DNA of 64,000 nucleotides from NCBI GenBank assembly GCA_965200315.1, contig OZ241362.1:4640001-4704000 (forward strand). Reading direction: 5' to 3'. Origin of the DNA: Candidatus Latescibacterota bacterium. Lineage in GTDB: Bacteria; Latescibacterota; UBA2968; UBA8231. Position 1 is the stretch's first letter. Each line of letters begins with the position of its first letter. Positions 29,518 to 37,750 of the stretch are shown here, in pieces. The notes under the pieces were generated by a model. It had not been told where the DNA came from. It searched no databases and saw only the letters and a program-made list of their open reading frames with translations. Position numbers and translations under genes: made by a program.

Positions 29518-30185
29518 TGAGAAATCCGACTAATGCTGAATATCTTCTTGCTCTTAAAACAGCACGGGAATATCGAAGCAAAGGATACGATGTTTCGACA
29601 GAGGTGCTTCTCGACTTCTTTCCCAACTTCCTAGCGGACCTCGTTGTACGGAAAGGTGCCGAGTCGAAGGTGATTGAAGTGATGTCTCGGGCCTCACTGG
29701 CCGCGGACCGTAGAATCAGCGAATTGGCAAATATCATAGAATCGAAGCCGGATTGGACGTTTGAGTTGATCCTGGTGAGTGAGCCTGAGATCCGTGATGC
29801 ACCTGCTGGTGCAAGGTCTTTTGAAAGTGAAAGCATCCTCCAGCGAATTGAACAAGCTGAGAAAGCCCTGCAATCAGATATTCCCGAAGCTGCTTTCATG
29901 CTTGCGTGGTCGGCTTGCGAAGCTGCGATTCGAGCATTGGCGTCTAACGAAGGAGTTTCAAGGCCGGGTATTACCTCGGCGAGTTACGTCCTTGACCAAG
30001 CACGTTACTTGGGAGTTATCTCCAAGGACGAGTATCTCAAACTGACTGACTTGCATAAATATAGAAACGCGATTGCCCACGGATTTAGCCACGATGACCT
30101 AGACATCGAGATGGTTTTGGAATTGATCGAGACTACCCGTAGATTGACGAACGGGCAAAACGCAGAGGAATATGCCCAAACTTGA
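29514..30185 (+). CDS. Restriction-endonuclease-fold (AHJR-like) domain + HEPN-like domain protein
   Basis: N-terminal GYDV...ADLVVRK...IEV; C-terminal AWSACEAA and RNAIAH (Rx4H). Lower GC; overlaps rusA-like stop. Confidence 0.6.
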   Translation: MMRNPTNAEYLLALKTAREYRSKGYDVSTEVLLDFFPNFLADLVVRKGAESKVIEVMSRASLAADRRISELANIIESKPDWTFELILVSEPEIRDAPAGARSFESESILQRIEQAEKALQSDIPEAAFMLAWSACEAAIRALASNEGVSRPGITSASYVLDQARYLGVISKDEYLKLTDLHKYRNAIAHGFSHDDLDIEMVLELIETTRRLTNGQNAEEYAQT

Positions 30186-31864
30186 ATCCCCACCCCACCG
30201 GAATTGATCGCAACCTAACGCACTACGCCGACCGAGGTTTTAGCCGCTACCTACGCCGCGCTTTTCTCGCGTCGGCTGGCTACGACGAGGCGGATTTAGA
30301 GCGGCCCGTCGTCGGCATCGCCGACACCTCATCCGACTACACCACCTGCCATCGCGCCATGCCCCAGCTCGTAGAAGCGGTCAAACGGGGCGTGCTAGAA
30401 GCCGGCGGCCTACCCCTCGTCTTTCCGACCCTGGCCCTCGGCGAAATCCTCCTCTCCCCCACCGCCATGCTCTACCGCAACCTCATGGCCATGGCGACCG
30501 AGGAAATGATCGCCGCCCAGCCCATGGACGCGGTCGTGCTGCTCGGCGGCTGCGACAAAACCCTGCCCGCCCAACTCATGGCCTCGGCTTCCGCGTCCGT
30601 GCCCGCCATCCACCTCGTCGCCGGGCCGATGCTGGCCGGAGACTGGCGAGGCGAGCGATTGGGCGCATGCACGGATTGCCGCCGCTACTGGGCGCAGCAC
30701 CGGGCCGGTGCGCTCGACGCCGAGGAAATCGCCGCTGTCCGGCAGAGCCTGTGCCCAACCGCCGGGACCTGCATGGTCATGGGCACGGCCTCGACCATGG
30801 CTTGCGTGGCCGAGGCCCTCGGACTCATGCTGCCGGGCGCGGCCACCCCGCCCGCCGTCTCAGCTCAGCGTTTGCGGCTCGGAGTCGCCACAGGCCGCCG
30901 AGCCGTTGCCTTAGCCACCGAGGGACGGACGCCGCGAGACATACTAACGCCAGCGGCCTTTGCCAACGCACTCAAGGTGCTGGCCGCGCTGAGCGGCTCG
31001 ACGAATGCGGTCGTGCATCTGCTCGCCATTGCGCGTCGGGCCGGCGTGGACTTGTCGCTAGACGACTTCCATGAGGCAGCCCAACAAGTGCCGCTGCTGG
31101 TCGACTGCAAGCCAGCGGGCACTGGATACATGGAGGATTTCGACAAGGCCGGCGGCGTGCCCGTCCTGCTCAAAGCACTGGAGCCGATGCTCGACCTCGA
31201 TGCCGTAGGAGGCAGCGGCCAAACGCTCGGCGCACTCTTGCAGGACGTGGCCGGGCCCGGCGATTGGCAAACCGCGATCCGCACCGTGGCCGCGCCGCTG
31301 GGGCCAGCCTCGTCCCTCGTGGTGCTAAAAGGCTCGCTCGCGCCAGACGGAGCCGTCTTGAAAAAGGCCACCTCGTCCCCGCATCTACACAAGCACTGCG
31401 GGCCAGCCATCGTGTTTGAGGGGCCAGATGACGCCGCGCGCGTTGACGACCCGGCATTGGGCATTACGCCGGAACACGTGCTGGTGCTGCGCGGAGCCGG
31501 GCCGGTGGCCTTGGGGATGCCGGAAGCCGGCTCCATGCCCTTGCCCAAGCACCTCGCGGCGCAGGGCGTCGAGGATATGGTGCGCATCTCCGATGGGCGG
31601 ATGAGCGGCACGGCGTATGGGACGGTCGCTCTACACGTAGCGCCAGAAGCGGCCATCGGCGGGCCGTTGGCACTCGTCCGCGATGGCGACCTAATCGAGC
31701 TGGACGTAGCAGCCGGGCGCTTGGATTTGCTAGTCCCCGCAGAAACCCTCGCCTGCCGGCGGGCCGAATGGACCGCACCCGCTGCGCCAGCCCGGGGGTG
31801 GCGGCGGCTGTACGCCGAGCGCGTATTGCAGGCGAACTTGGGGGCGGATTTAGATTTTTGCTAA
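30182..31864 (+). CDS. Dihydroxy-acid/sugar-acid dehydratase (IlvD/Edd family)
   Basis: TTCH, GGCDKT, CMVMGTASTM, GSTNAVVH, SDGRMSGT. Confidence 0.93.
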   Translation: MNPHPTGIDRNLTHYADRGFSRYLRRAFLASAGYDEADLERPVVGIADTSSDYTTCHRAMPQLVEAVKRGVLEAGGLPLVFPTLALGEILLSPTAMLYRNLMAMATEEMIAAQPMDAVVLLGGCDKTLPAQLMASASASVPAIHLVAGPMLAGDWRGERLGACTDCRRYWAQHRAGALDAEEIAAVRQSLCPTAGTCMVMGTASTMACVAEALGLMLPGAATPPAVSAQRLRLGVATGRRAVALATEGRTPRDILTPAAFANALKVLAALSGSTNAVVHLLAIARRAGVDLSLDDFHEAAQQVPLLVDCKPAGTGYMEDFDKAGGVPVLLKALEPMLDLDAVGGSGQTLGALLQDVAGPGDWQTAIRTVAAPLGPASSLVVLKGSLAPDGAVLKKATSSPHLHKHCGPAIVFEGPDDAARVDDPALGITPEHVLVLRGAGPVALGMPEAGSMPLPKHLAAQGVEDMVRISDGRMSGTAYGTVALHVAPEAAIGGPLALVRDGDLIELDVAAGRLDLLVPAETLACRRAEWTAPAAPARGWRRLYAERVLQANLGADLDFC

Positions 31865-31883
31865 ACAACGCGAGGAGGAATGC

Positions 31884-33230
31884 ATGCTTAGCGCATTGCT
31901 CGCCGAGCGCGAGCGGCAAGGCAGATCGATCCGGGTCGGCATCATCGGCGCGGGAAAATTCGGCGGCGGGCTGGTCGCGCAGATTGCCCAGATGCAGGGC
32001 ATGGTCGTCTCGGCCATCGCCGACATCGACCTAGCGCGCGCCCGCTACGCCTACGCAGCGGGGTACGGGGATGTGGCGGTGGGAACGGCGGATAGCCCGC
32101 AGGCGTTGGCGGAGGCCATTCACGCGGGGAAATTTACCGCCGTTGAAGACGGGGTGTTAGTCGCGCAGGCCGAAGGTTTGGACGTGGTGGTGGAGGCGAC
32201 CGGCTCGACCTCGGTCGGGGCCAGCATGGCCAGCGCGGCCATCGCCAGCGGCAACCACCTCGTGATGGTCAATGTCGAAACGGACGTGACCATCGGCGCA
32301 CAACTCAAGCGCAAGGCCGACAGCGCGGGCGCAATCTACTCGCTCGTCGATGGCGATCAGCCCGGAGTGACCATGAACATAATCGAATGGGCGTGGTCGC
32401 TGGGCTTGGAGGTGGTGGCCGCCGGTCGGGGCACCATACTCTTTGCCGACGATCCCCAAGGCACACCCGACAACACCGCGGTGCGCTTTGGCTTTGACGA
32501 AGAGACCTTAGAGCGGCGCAGCATCAGCTTGAAGATGTACAACTCCTTCCGCGACGGCACCAAAGCCCAAGTTGAGGCCACGGCCATCGCCAACATGGCC
32601 GGGTTAGTCCCCGACGTAAGGGGGATGCACGAGCCATCGTGCAATTTGGCGGACATCCCGCAAAAATTCAGCTTGGTCGCAGAGGGCGGGCTGCTGAGTC
32701 AGCGCGGGGTCGTCGAGCTAGCCAACAGCGTCGCCGAGGACGGCAAGACCCAGCTCGCCAACCCGTTGGGCATGGGCGTCTTTGTCGTCGTCCGCAGCGA
32801 GCACCCCTTTACCGTCGAAGACCTCGCCACCTACGGCTTGCATTCGGGCGGCGACGGCCAAAACTTCCTTCTCTATCGCCCCTATCACTTGGTGGCGGTA
32901 GAAGCCCCGATCACCATCGCCAAAATCGCGCTCTACGGCCTGCCAACCGGCACTCCGCGCCCGGTGCCCACAGCCGATGTAATCGCCGTAGCCAAGCGAG
33001 CTCTCAAGGCCGGAGAGACCCTCGACGGCGGGGGCGGCTACACTGTATTGGGTCAAAGCGAAAAGGCAACTGTGGTGCGCCAAGAGGGCCTGTTGCCGTT
33101 AGGAATATCGGGCGGAGCCGTGCTCAAACAAGACGTGCGGCAAGGCGACGCCATTGGCTATGCCATGGTCGATTTGCCGGATTCGCTCGCGTTGCAACTG
33201 CGGCGCGAACAGGACGCAACGGTCTGGTGA
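31884..33230 (+). CDS. NAD(P)-binding oxidoreductase with C-terminal SAF domain (homoserine dehydrogenase-like)
   Basis: GAGKFG, NVETDVTIG, GDQPG, DGTK, AKRALKAGETLDG. Confidence 0.85.
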   Translation: MLSALLAERERQGRSIRVGIIGAGKFGGGLVAQIAQMQGMVVSAIADIDLARARYAYAAGYGDVAVGTADSPQALAEAIHAGKFTAVEDGVLVAQAEGLDVVVEATGSTSVGASMASAAIASGNHLVMVNVETDVTIGAQLKRKADSAGAIYSLVDGDQPGVTMNIIEWAWSLGLEVVAAGRGTILFADDPQGTPDNTAVRFGFDEETLERRSISLKMYNSFRDGTKAQVEATAIANMAGLVPDVRGMHEPSCNLADIPQKFSLVAEGGLLSQRGVVELANSVAEDGKTQLANPLGMGVFVVVRSEHPFTVEDLATYGLHSGGDGQNFLLYRPYHLVAVEAPITIAKIALYGLPTGTPRPVPTADVIAVAKRALKAGETLDGGGGYTVLGQSEKATVVRQEGLLPLGISGGAVLKQDVRQGDAIGYAMVDLPDSLALQLRREQDATVW

Positions 33231-33326
33231 ATCGGCGAGCAAACGCCCGTGCAGCCGATACGATTGAGCGAATAGGATACATGGCTACAGGATGTGTTGG
33301 GCAAGAGGCTGCCGTATAGGATGTTC

Positions 33327-33356
33327 TTGACAAGCCCTCTCGCCATATTGTACCAT
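33327..33356 (+). promoter_or_regulatory. Putative sigma70 promoter
   Basis: TTGACA-18 bp-TACCAT upstream of AAGGAG RBS and ATG 33389. Confidence 0.5.
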
Positions 33357-33388
33357 CGAATATCACTTCCCTCGACAAGGAGACTTGC

Positions 33389-33988
33389 ATGGCGGCCACC
33401 CCTGCCGCAGAAAAGGATTGGCCAAACATGACTGAACAGGACCGCGAAATTGAACGCCTCAGCGATCAAGTCGTGTTTTTATATGACCAATACCGGACAG
33501 CCCGTTATAACGTACTATACTATGGAAAGCGACTGAAGAAAACCAAGCAGCTAAATTTTTTCCTTGAGGCCATTATAGCACTGGCGGCACCCGGGTCTAT
33601 CGGGACATGGTTTGTGTTCGGCACGGCTGAATACGGCCTTCTCTTTGCAAAAATCTTGGGGGCTTTCGCCGCGGTCGCTGCTATTATCAAACCGCTTTCT
33701 TCCATAAGCGATAATCTCCAGCGGTACACACGTCTTAATACCACGTATAACGAAATTGCGTCTGAATTGGGTCAGCTAGTAGAGAAAATACGTATTGAAC
33801 AAGAGTACTCCCAAGAAATCCGGATACGATTTGAGGTCCAAGTTAAACGTATGGGGACTTTGGCCGCATTGGATGATCCAGAAATGGCCCCCGAAGAAGA
33901 AGATAGGTGCTATCAAAGGATCAATGAACAAGTACCTGCTGATTCCTTATGGATTCCGTCTGTCACGATACATGAACCAAGATCGTAA
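33389..33988 (+). CDS. Two-TM membrane protein, SLATT-like
   Basis: N-terminal helix, two hydrophobic segments, C-terminal helical region; AT-richer than neighbours. Confidence 0.55.
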   Translation: MAATPAAEKDWPNMTEQDREIERLSDQVVFLYDQYRTARYNVLYYGKRLKKTKQLNFFLEAIIALAAPGSIGTWFVFGTAEYGLLFAKILGAFAAVAAIIKPLSSISDNLQRYTRLNTTYNEIASELGQLVEKIRIEQEYSQEIRIRFEVQVKRMGTLAALDDPEMAPEEEDRCYQRINEQVPADSLWIPSVTIHEPRS

Positions 33989-34094
33989 AAGAAAGTCCGA
34001 TCCGCCCGCTGGAGCACAACCGCCTCGCCCTTGGCCAAGGCCGACTCCTAAGCCGACTCCTAAGCCGCCGACCAAACCGCCACCCAAGCGGTAG
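33972..34094 (+). CDS. Putative 40-aa proline/lysine-rich micro-protein
   Basis: MNQDRKRKSDPPAGAQPPRPWPRPTPKPTPKPPTKPPPKR; overlaps the end of the SLATT-like gene. Confidence 0.4.
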   Translation: MNQDRKRKSDPPAGAQPPRPWPRPTPKPTPKPPTKPPPKR

Positions 34095-34191
34095 CAAGTA
34101 CCAATAATAATCCCTAAATGTGGTACCTGCTCCGTAATTGCAAAGGGTAAAGCTCAGGTTTCCATAATCTTTTGCTTTGGACATTCGGGCG

Positions 34192-34269
34192 ACAAAAAAG
34201 GGGAAAAAGGCGCGAGGCCCTTCCCCTTTTGCGTGTCCAATGCAGGCTAGTCGGCTTTGACTTCGACCT
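34192..34269 (-). repeat. Diverged duplicate of the hsp20 3' end and terminator
   Basis: Aligns with 34757-34832. Encodes VEVKAD* versus VEVKVG*, followed by the same AAGGGGAA..TTCCCCTTTT hairpin. Confidence 0.85.
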
Positions 34270-34277
34270 ATTGGAAA

Positions 34278-34610
34278 ATGTCCGAATATCAAGAAGCTAA
34301 AGTAGTAATCGTCTCCATCTTGGAACTTTCAAAGGACTCAATCCACATGCACGTAGGATTGATCGTGTTTTTTTTGGCTGTAGTCCTTTGGAAAAAAGGA
34401 TCAATTGAAGCGCGATGTTTGATCCCCGTCGTAATTGTAGCATCCTTGATGGAGATTCTCGATCTAAGATATGATTATCTCTCTCTGGGTCGCTTTCGTC
34501 TGAAGGCAATAACGGCAAGCATACACGATTTAATCAATACCACGTTTTGGCCGGTGGTCATTGTAGTACTGGCTTGGATGGGCAAATTGCAGAATGCGCG
34601 GAATACATAG
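34278..34610 (+). CDS. Small hypothetical membrane protein
   Basis: Three hydrophobic segments; LSKDSIHMHVGL and DLINTTFWP; low GC. Confidence 0.7.
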   Translation: MSEYQEAKVVIVSILELSKDSIHMHVGLIVFFLAVVLWKKGSIEARCLIPVVIVASLMEILDLRYDYLSLGRFRLKAITASIHDLINTTFWPVVIVVLAWMGKLQNARNT

Positions 34611-34654
34611 TGCCTAAAACCCTCTTATAGCAATCCTACATCATTTACAAGAAA

Positions 34655-34684
34655 ATCCGCAGATGGACGCAGATAGACGCAGAA
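34655..34684. repeat. Short tandem (C)GCAGAT 10-bp-period repeat
   Basis: ccgcagat ggacgcagat agacgcaga. Confidence 0.6.
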
Positions 34685-34758
34685 TAGGAGGCACAAGACT
34701 AGGATCCACCGCCCGAATCGTTCAAATCATTTCGGGTTGCTATATCAGTCATAGGTAC

Positions 34759-34793
34759 AAAAAAGGGGAAGGGCATCGTGCCCTTCCCCTTTT
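34759..34793. terminator. Intrinsic (likely bidirectional) terminator downstream of hsp20
   Basis: AAAAGGGGAAGGGCA-tcg-TGCCCTTCCCCTTTT perfect hairpin with A/T tracts. Confidence 0.9.
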
Positions 34794-34809
34794 GCGCGTC
34801 TAAGGCTAG

Positions 34810-35271
34810 CTAGCCGACCTTGACTTCGACCTGACGGACGACCTTTTTCGCCTCCTCCTTCTTGGGCAGGTGGAGGGTGAGGACGCCGTTTTTGAACTTG
34901 GCCTCGATGGCGTCGTCCTGCACACCATCGGGCAGGTGGAAGGCGCGCTCAAAGCGTCCGTAGATGCGCTCCGTGCGGAAAAACTTGCCTTCCTTTTCCT
35001 CGCTAGCCGCGCTCTTTTCGCCCCGCAACACGAGCGTTCCGTCGTCGACGGTGATCTCGAGATCCTGCTCATCCAAACCTGGCAGTTCGGCCGAGATTTC
35101 GTAGGAGGCGTCGTCTTCCTTGACGTCGATGCGCGGGCTGAAAGCCGCGTTGCCAGTCAAAACGGGCAGGCGCGAGTCTTCGCCAAATAAGGCGTCGAAG
35201 AGGTTGTCGAACGGGCTGCGCCACGGGCGATTGCTGACGCGAATGCTGGGTAGTAAAGTCTTGACGGCCAT
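34810..35271 (-). CDS. Hsp20/alpha-crystallin small heat shock protein
   Basis: PRIDVKE, AELPG, ERIYGRFERAF, FKNGVLTLHLPK. Confidence 0.96.
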   Translation of the reverse strand: MAVKTLLPSIRVSNRPWRSPFDNLFDALFGEDSRLPVLTGNAAFSPRIDVKEDDASYEISAELPGLDEQDLEITVDDGTLVLRGEKSAASEEKEGKFFRTERIYGRFERAFHLPDGVQDDAIEAKFKNGVLTLHLPKKEEAKKVVRQVEVKVG

Positions 35272-35325
35272 GAGCTTGTCTCCTTGTTAAGTGGCTGTGG
35301 GTTTGTATGGCCTTTGCCCGTTGTA

Positions 35326-35343
35326 TTGCAAAAGCCGTGCCAA
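35326..35343 (-). promoter_or_regulatory. Sigma54 (-24/-12) promoter of hsp20
   Basis: Minus strand TTGGCACGGCTTTTGCAA matches the TGGCACG-N4-TTGC consensus, about 55 bp upstream of the ATG. Confidence 0.75.
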
Positions 35344-35531
35344 CGTTTTATGTTTTTTATATCTCGCTGTTATACATAGAGTTGAGAAATTTTTACCCAA
35401 AAAGGGGCATGGTCCGTATTGTCAGCGCGGCTTGGAAAAATTGGCAGGCGTTGTGCGAAATTGGCCGAGGTCCGTGCCGTTATTGCACTATGTTGTAGGG
35501 ATAGGCCCCTTTGGCAAGAGGAGTCAAGTAC

Positions 35532-35906
35532 GTGGGAATCTTTCAGGTCGAACTGGAAATAGGCGATCAGCAAGGGCAGCACTTTGAGACCGTTAGTGCT
35601 CTGGTAGACTCTGGCGCGACCTACACCACGCTGCCTGAAACCCTTCTGCGAAGATTGGGAGTTGTCCCTCTCAGCAGAGCCAATTTTGTACTTGCCGACG
35701 GCAGCAGGATGGAGCGCGGAATCGGTCAAACTTGGATGAGATTAGAGGGTGAAGAGTTCATAGTACCCGTCGTCTTTGGACCGGAAGCCACTCAGCCACT
35801 GTTGGGAGCAGTACCTTTAGAGATTTTCCGGCTGGGGATAGACCCCGTAAGGCAACGGCTGATTCCCGTTGACGGGCTGCTGTTGGTCAATAAGGAACCA
35901 TTGTGA
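35532..35906 (+). CDS. Clan AA (retropepsin-like) aspartic protease
   Basis: ALVDSGATYT, LADGS, PLLG...LE. Probable GTG start at 35532. Confidence 0.85.
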   Translation: MGIFQVELEIGDQQGQHFETVSALVDSGATYTTLPETLLRRLGVVPLSRANFVLADGSRMERGIGQTWMRLEGEEFIVPVVFGPEATQPLLGAVPLEIFRLGIDPVRQRLIPVDGLLLVNKEPL

Positions 35907-37252
35907 TCGACTGGAAAGCTGTGCGCACCGAAGTAACCGGGCATTTGCAGGCCCTCCTCCGCATCGACACCACCAACCCCCCGGGCAACGAAAGCGCCGC
36001 CGCGCGCTATCTAGCAGGAATACTGCGGCGGGAGGGCTTTGAGCCCGTCTTCGTCGAGTCCGCGCCCGAGCGAGGCAACGTCCTCGCACGGCTGTCCGGC
36101 GGCGACGAACCGCCGCTCATGCTCTTGGGGCACACCGACGTGGTAGCGGCCGAGCCTGAGCACTGGACCTATCCGCCCTTTTCGGGGGTGCTGGCCGACG
36201 GCTGCGTGTGGGGGCGGGGCGCATTGGATATGAAGAACATGGTCGCGGCGAATCTGATGGTGTTGCTCCTGTTGCAACGGGAAGGAGTCCAGCTCAACCG
36301 CGACATCGTCTTCGCCGCCACGGCCGACGAGGAAGCCGGCAAAGGCAATCACGGGCCGGGGTGGATTATCGACAACCGACCCGAGCTGTGGGACGCGCCC
36401 TTGATTATCACCGAGGGCGGTGGCAGCGACTTCGCGGTTGGTGCGCAGCGGTTTTACACCTGCCAGACCGGGCAAAAGGGATTGTGTCGGTTGCGACTCA
36501 TCGCCCGCGGAACGCCCGGACACGGCTCCATGCCGCACGGCGACAGTGCCATCGTCAAGCTTTCCAAGGCCCTAGCCGGCTTGGAAGGAGCCGCGTTTCC
36601 CGCGCACATCTCCGCGAGTGTGCGCCGCTTTGTCGAGGGAATTGCCAGCCGCCGTCCAGCCGCCGAGGCCACCCTGTGGCGGCAAGTACTCGACCCAACG
36701 ACCGCAGATGCTGCGCTGCTTGAACTGCCTATCGGCCGCACCTTGCGCCGCGAGTTGGGTGCCGTGCTGCACAACACGGCCTCGGCGACCATGGTGCAGG
36801 CCGGTTCTAAGATCAACGTTATTCCAGGAGAGGCGACTGCTTGGATCGATGGGCGCTTAGTGCCCGGGCAGACGGCCGAGAGTTTTGCGGCCGAGCTGCG
36901 CGCGTTTGTCGGAGATGAGGTCGCCATCGAGATCGATCAGTACACGCCGCCGTTGGAAGCATCGTCCGATACCCCGCTTTTTCAGGCGATCGTCGAGGCG
37001 ATGCAGGAGCGCGAGCCAGACGCGCCGGTGCTCCCGTATCTGATGCCAGCCGGCACCGACGCCAAGCACATCGTGCCGCGCCGCCCCGCAACCCAGATCT
37101 ACGGCTTCATGCCCTATCGGCAGCAGCCGGGCGAGGAGGAAATGGTCCTGATCCACGGCCACGACGAACGCACTCCGGTGAAAGAGCTACTCTTTGCGAC
37201 GCAGGTGCTCTACGAAATCGTCTGCCGCTTTGGAGGGGTGGACAACCGCTAG
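35903..37252 (+). CDS. M20/M25/M40 family metallo-hydrolase
   Basis: GHTDVV, GRGALDMK, ADEE, GTDAK, HGHDER. Confidence 0.92.
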   Translation: MIDWKAVRTEVTGHLQALLRIDTTNPPGNESAAARYLAGILRREGFEPVFVESAPERGNVLARLSGGDEPPLMLLGHTDVVAAEPEHWTYPPFSGVLADGCVWGRGALDMKNMVAANLMVLLLLQREGVQLNRDIVFAATADEEAGKGNHGPGWIIDNRPELWDAPLIITEGGGSDFAVGAQRFYTCQTGQKGLCRLRLIARGTPGHGSMPHGDSAIVKLSKALAGLEGAAFPAHISASVRRFVEGIASRRPAAEATLWRQVLDPTTADAALLELPIGRTLRRELGAVLHNTASATMVQAGSKINVIPGEATAWIDGRLVPGQTAESFAAELRAFVGDEVAIEIDQYTPPLEASSDTPLFQAIVEAMQEREPDAPVLPYLMPAGTDAKHIVPRRPATQIYGFMPYRQQPGEEEMVLIHGHDERTPVKELLFATQVLYEIVCRFGGVDNR

Positions 37253-37749
37253 CTCGAATCGACGACAGCGACGCCATCGTCGATTTCGAGGACCAAAACC
37301 TTATCGCCGGGGTTGAGGGGGCCTTGCGCGCCGGCCCGGCGCGCCAACAGTTCGATGGTGCGGCCTTGGACGGTAGCGGAAATTTTGCCGGTGCTGCCAC
37401 TGGCGATAGGAACGGTGACTTCAGCTTCGAGGCCGATCAAGTCGTCGCCCGCCAGCGAACTGTCGGGGCTTGATCCGCTCAACCGGCTCAGCATCCAGTC
37501 GCCCACAAAGGCGCAAACTACGCCGCTACCCAGCGCCGTGAACAACGCAGCACTTGGGGCCATTAGCAGGCTGCCGAGCATCCCGGCCAAGCCAAAGAAG
37601 AAGGCAAAAAAGAAGAACAGCCGCAGCCGCAAAACAGCCAGCGCTTGCAGGCCCTCGCCCGTACCATCGCCGTCCCCGCCAAACAGCGAGGCCCCAACGG
37701 CGACCCCCCCAACGATCAGCCCGCTCAAGTACAGATAAAAGAGCTCCAC
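37249..37749 (-). CDS. NfeD-like membrane protein
   Basis: Three TM segments and C-terminal OB fold (LIGLEAEVTVPI...GKI); directly downstream of flotillin. GTG start 37749. Confidence 0.8.
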   Translation of the reverse strand: MELFYLYLSGLIVGGVAVGASLFGGDGDGTGEGLQALAVLRLRLFFFFAFFFGLAGMLGSLLMAPSAALFTALGSGVVCAFVGDWMLSRLSGSSPDSSLAGDDLIGLEAEVTVPIASGSTGKISATVQGRTIELLARRAGAQGPLNPGDKVLVLEIDDGVAVVDSS

Positions 37750-37750
37750 G

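Noticed and set aside
34610-34660. Integron attC site after the cassette-like membrane gene
   Set aside because: GCCTAAAAC is only a loose RYYYAAC match; no complementary GTTRRRY box or integrase.
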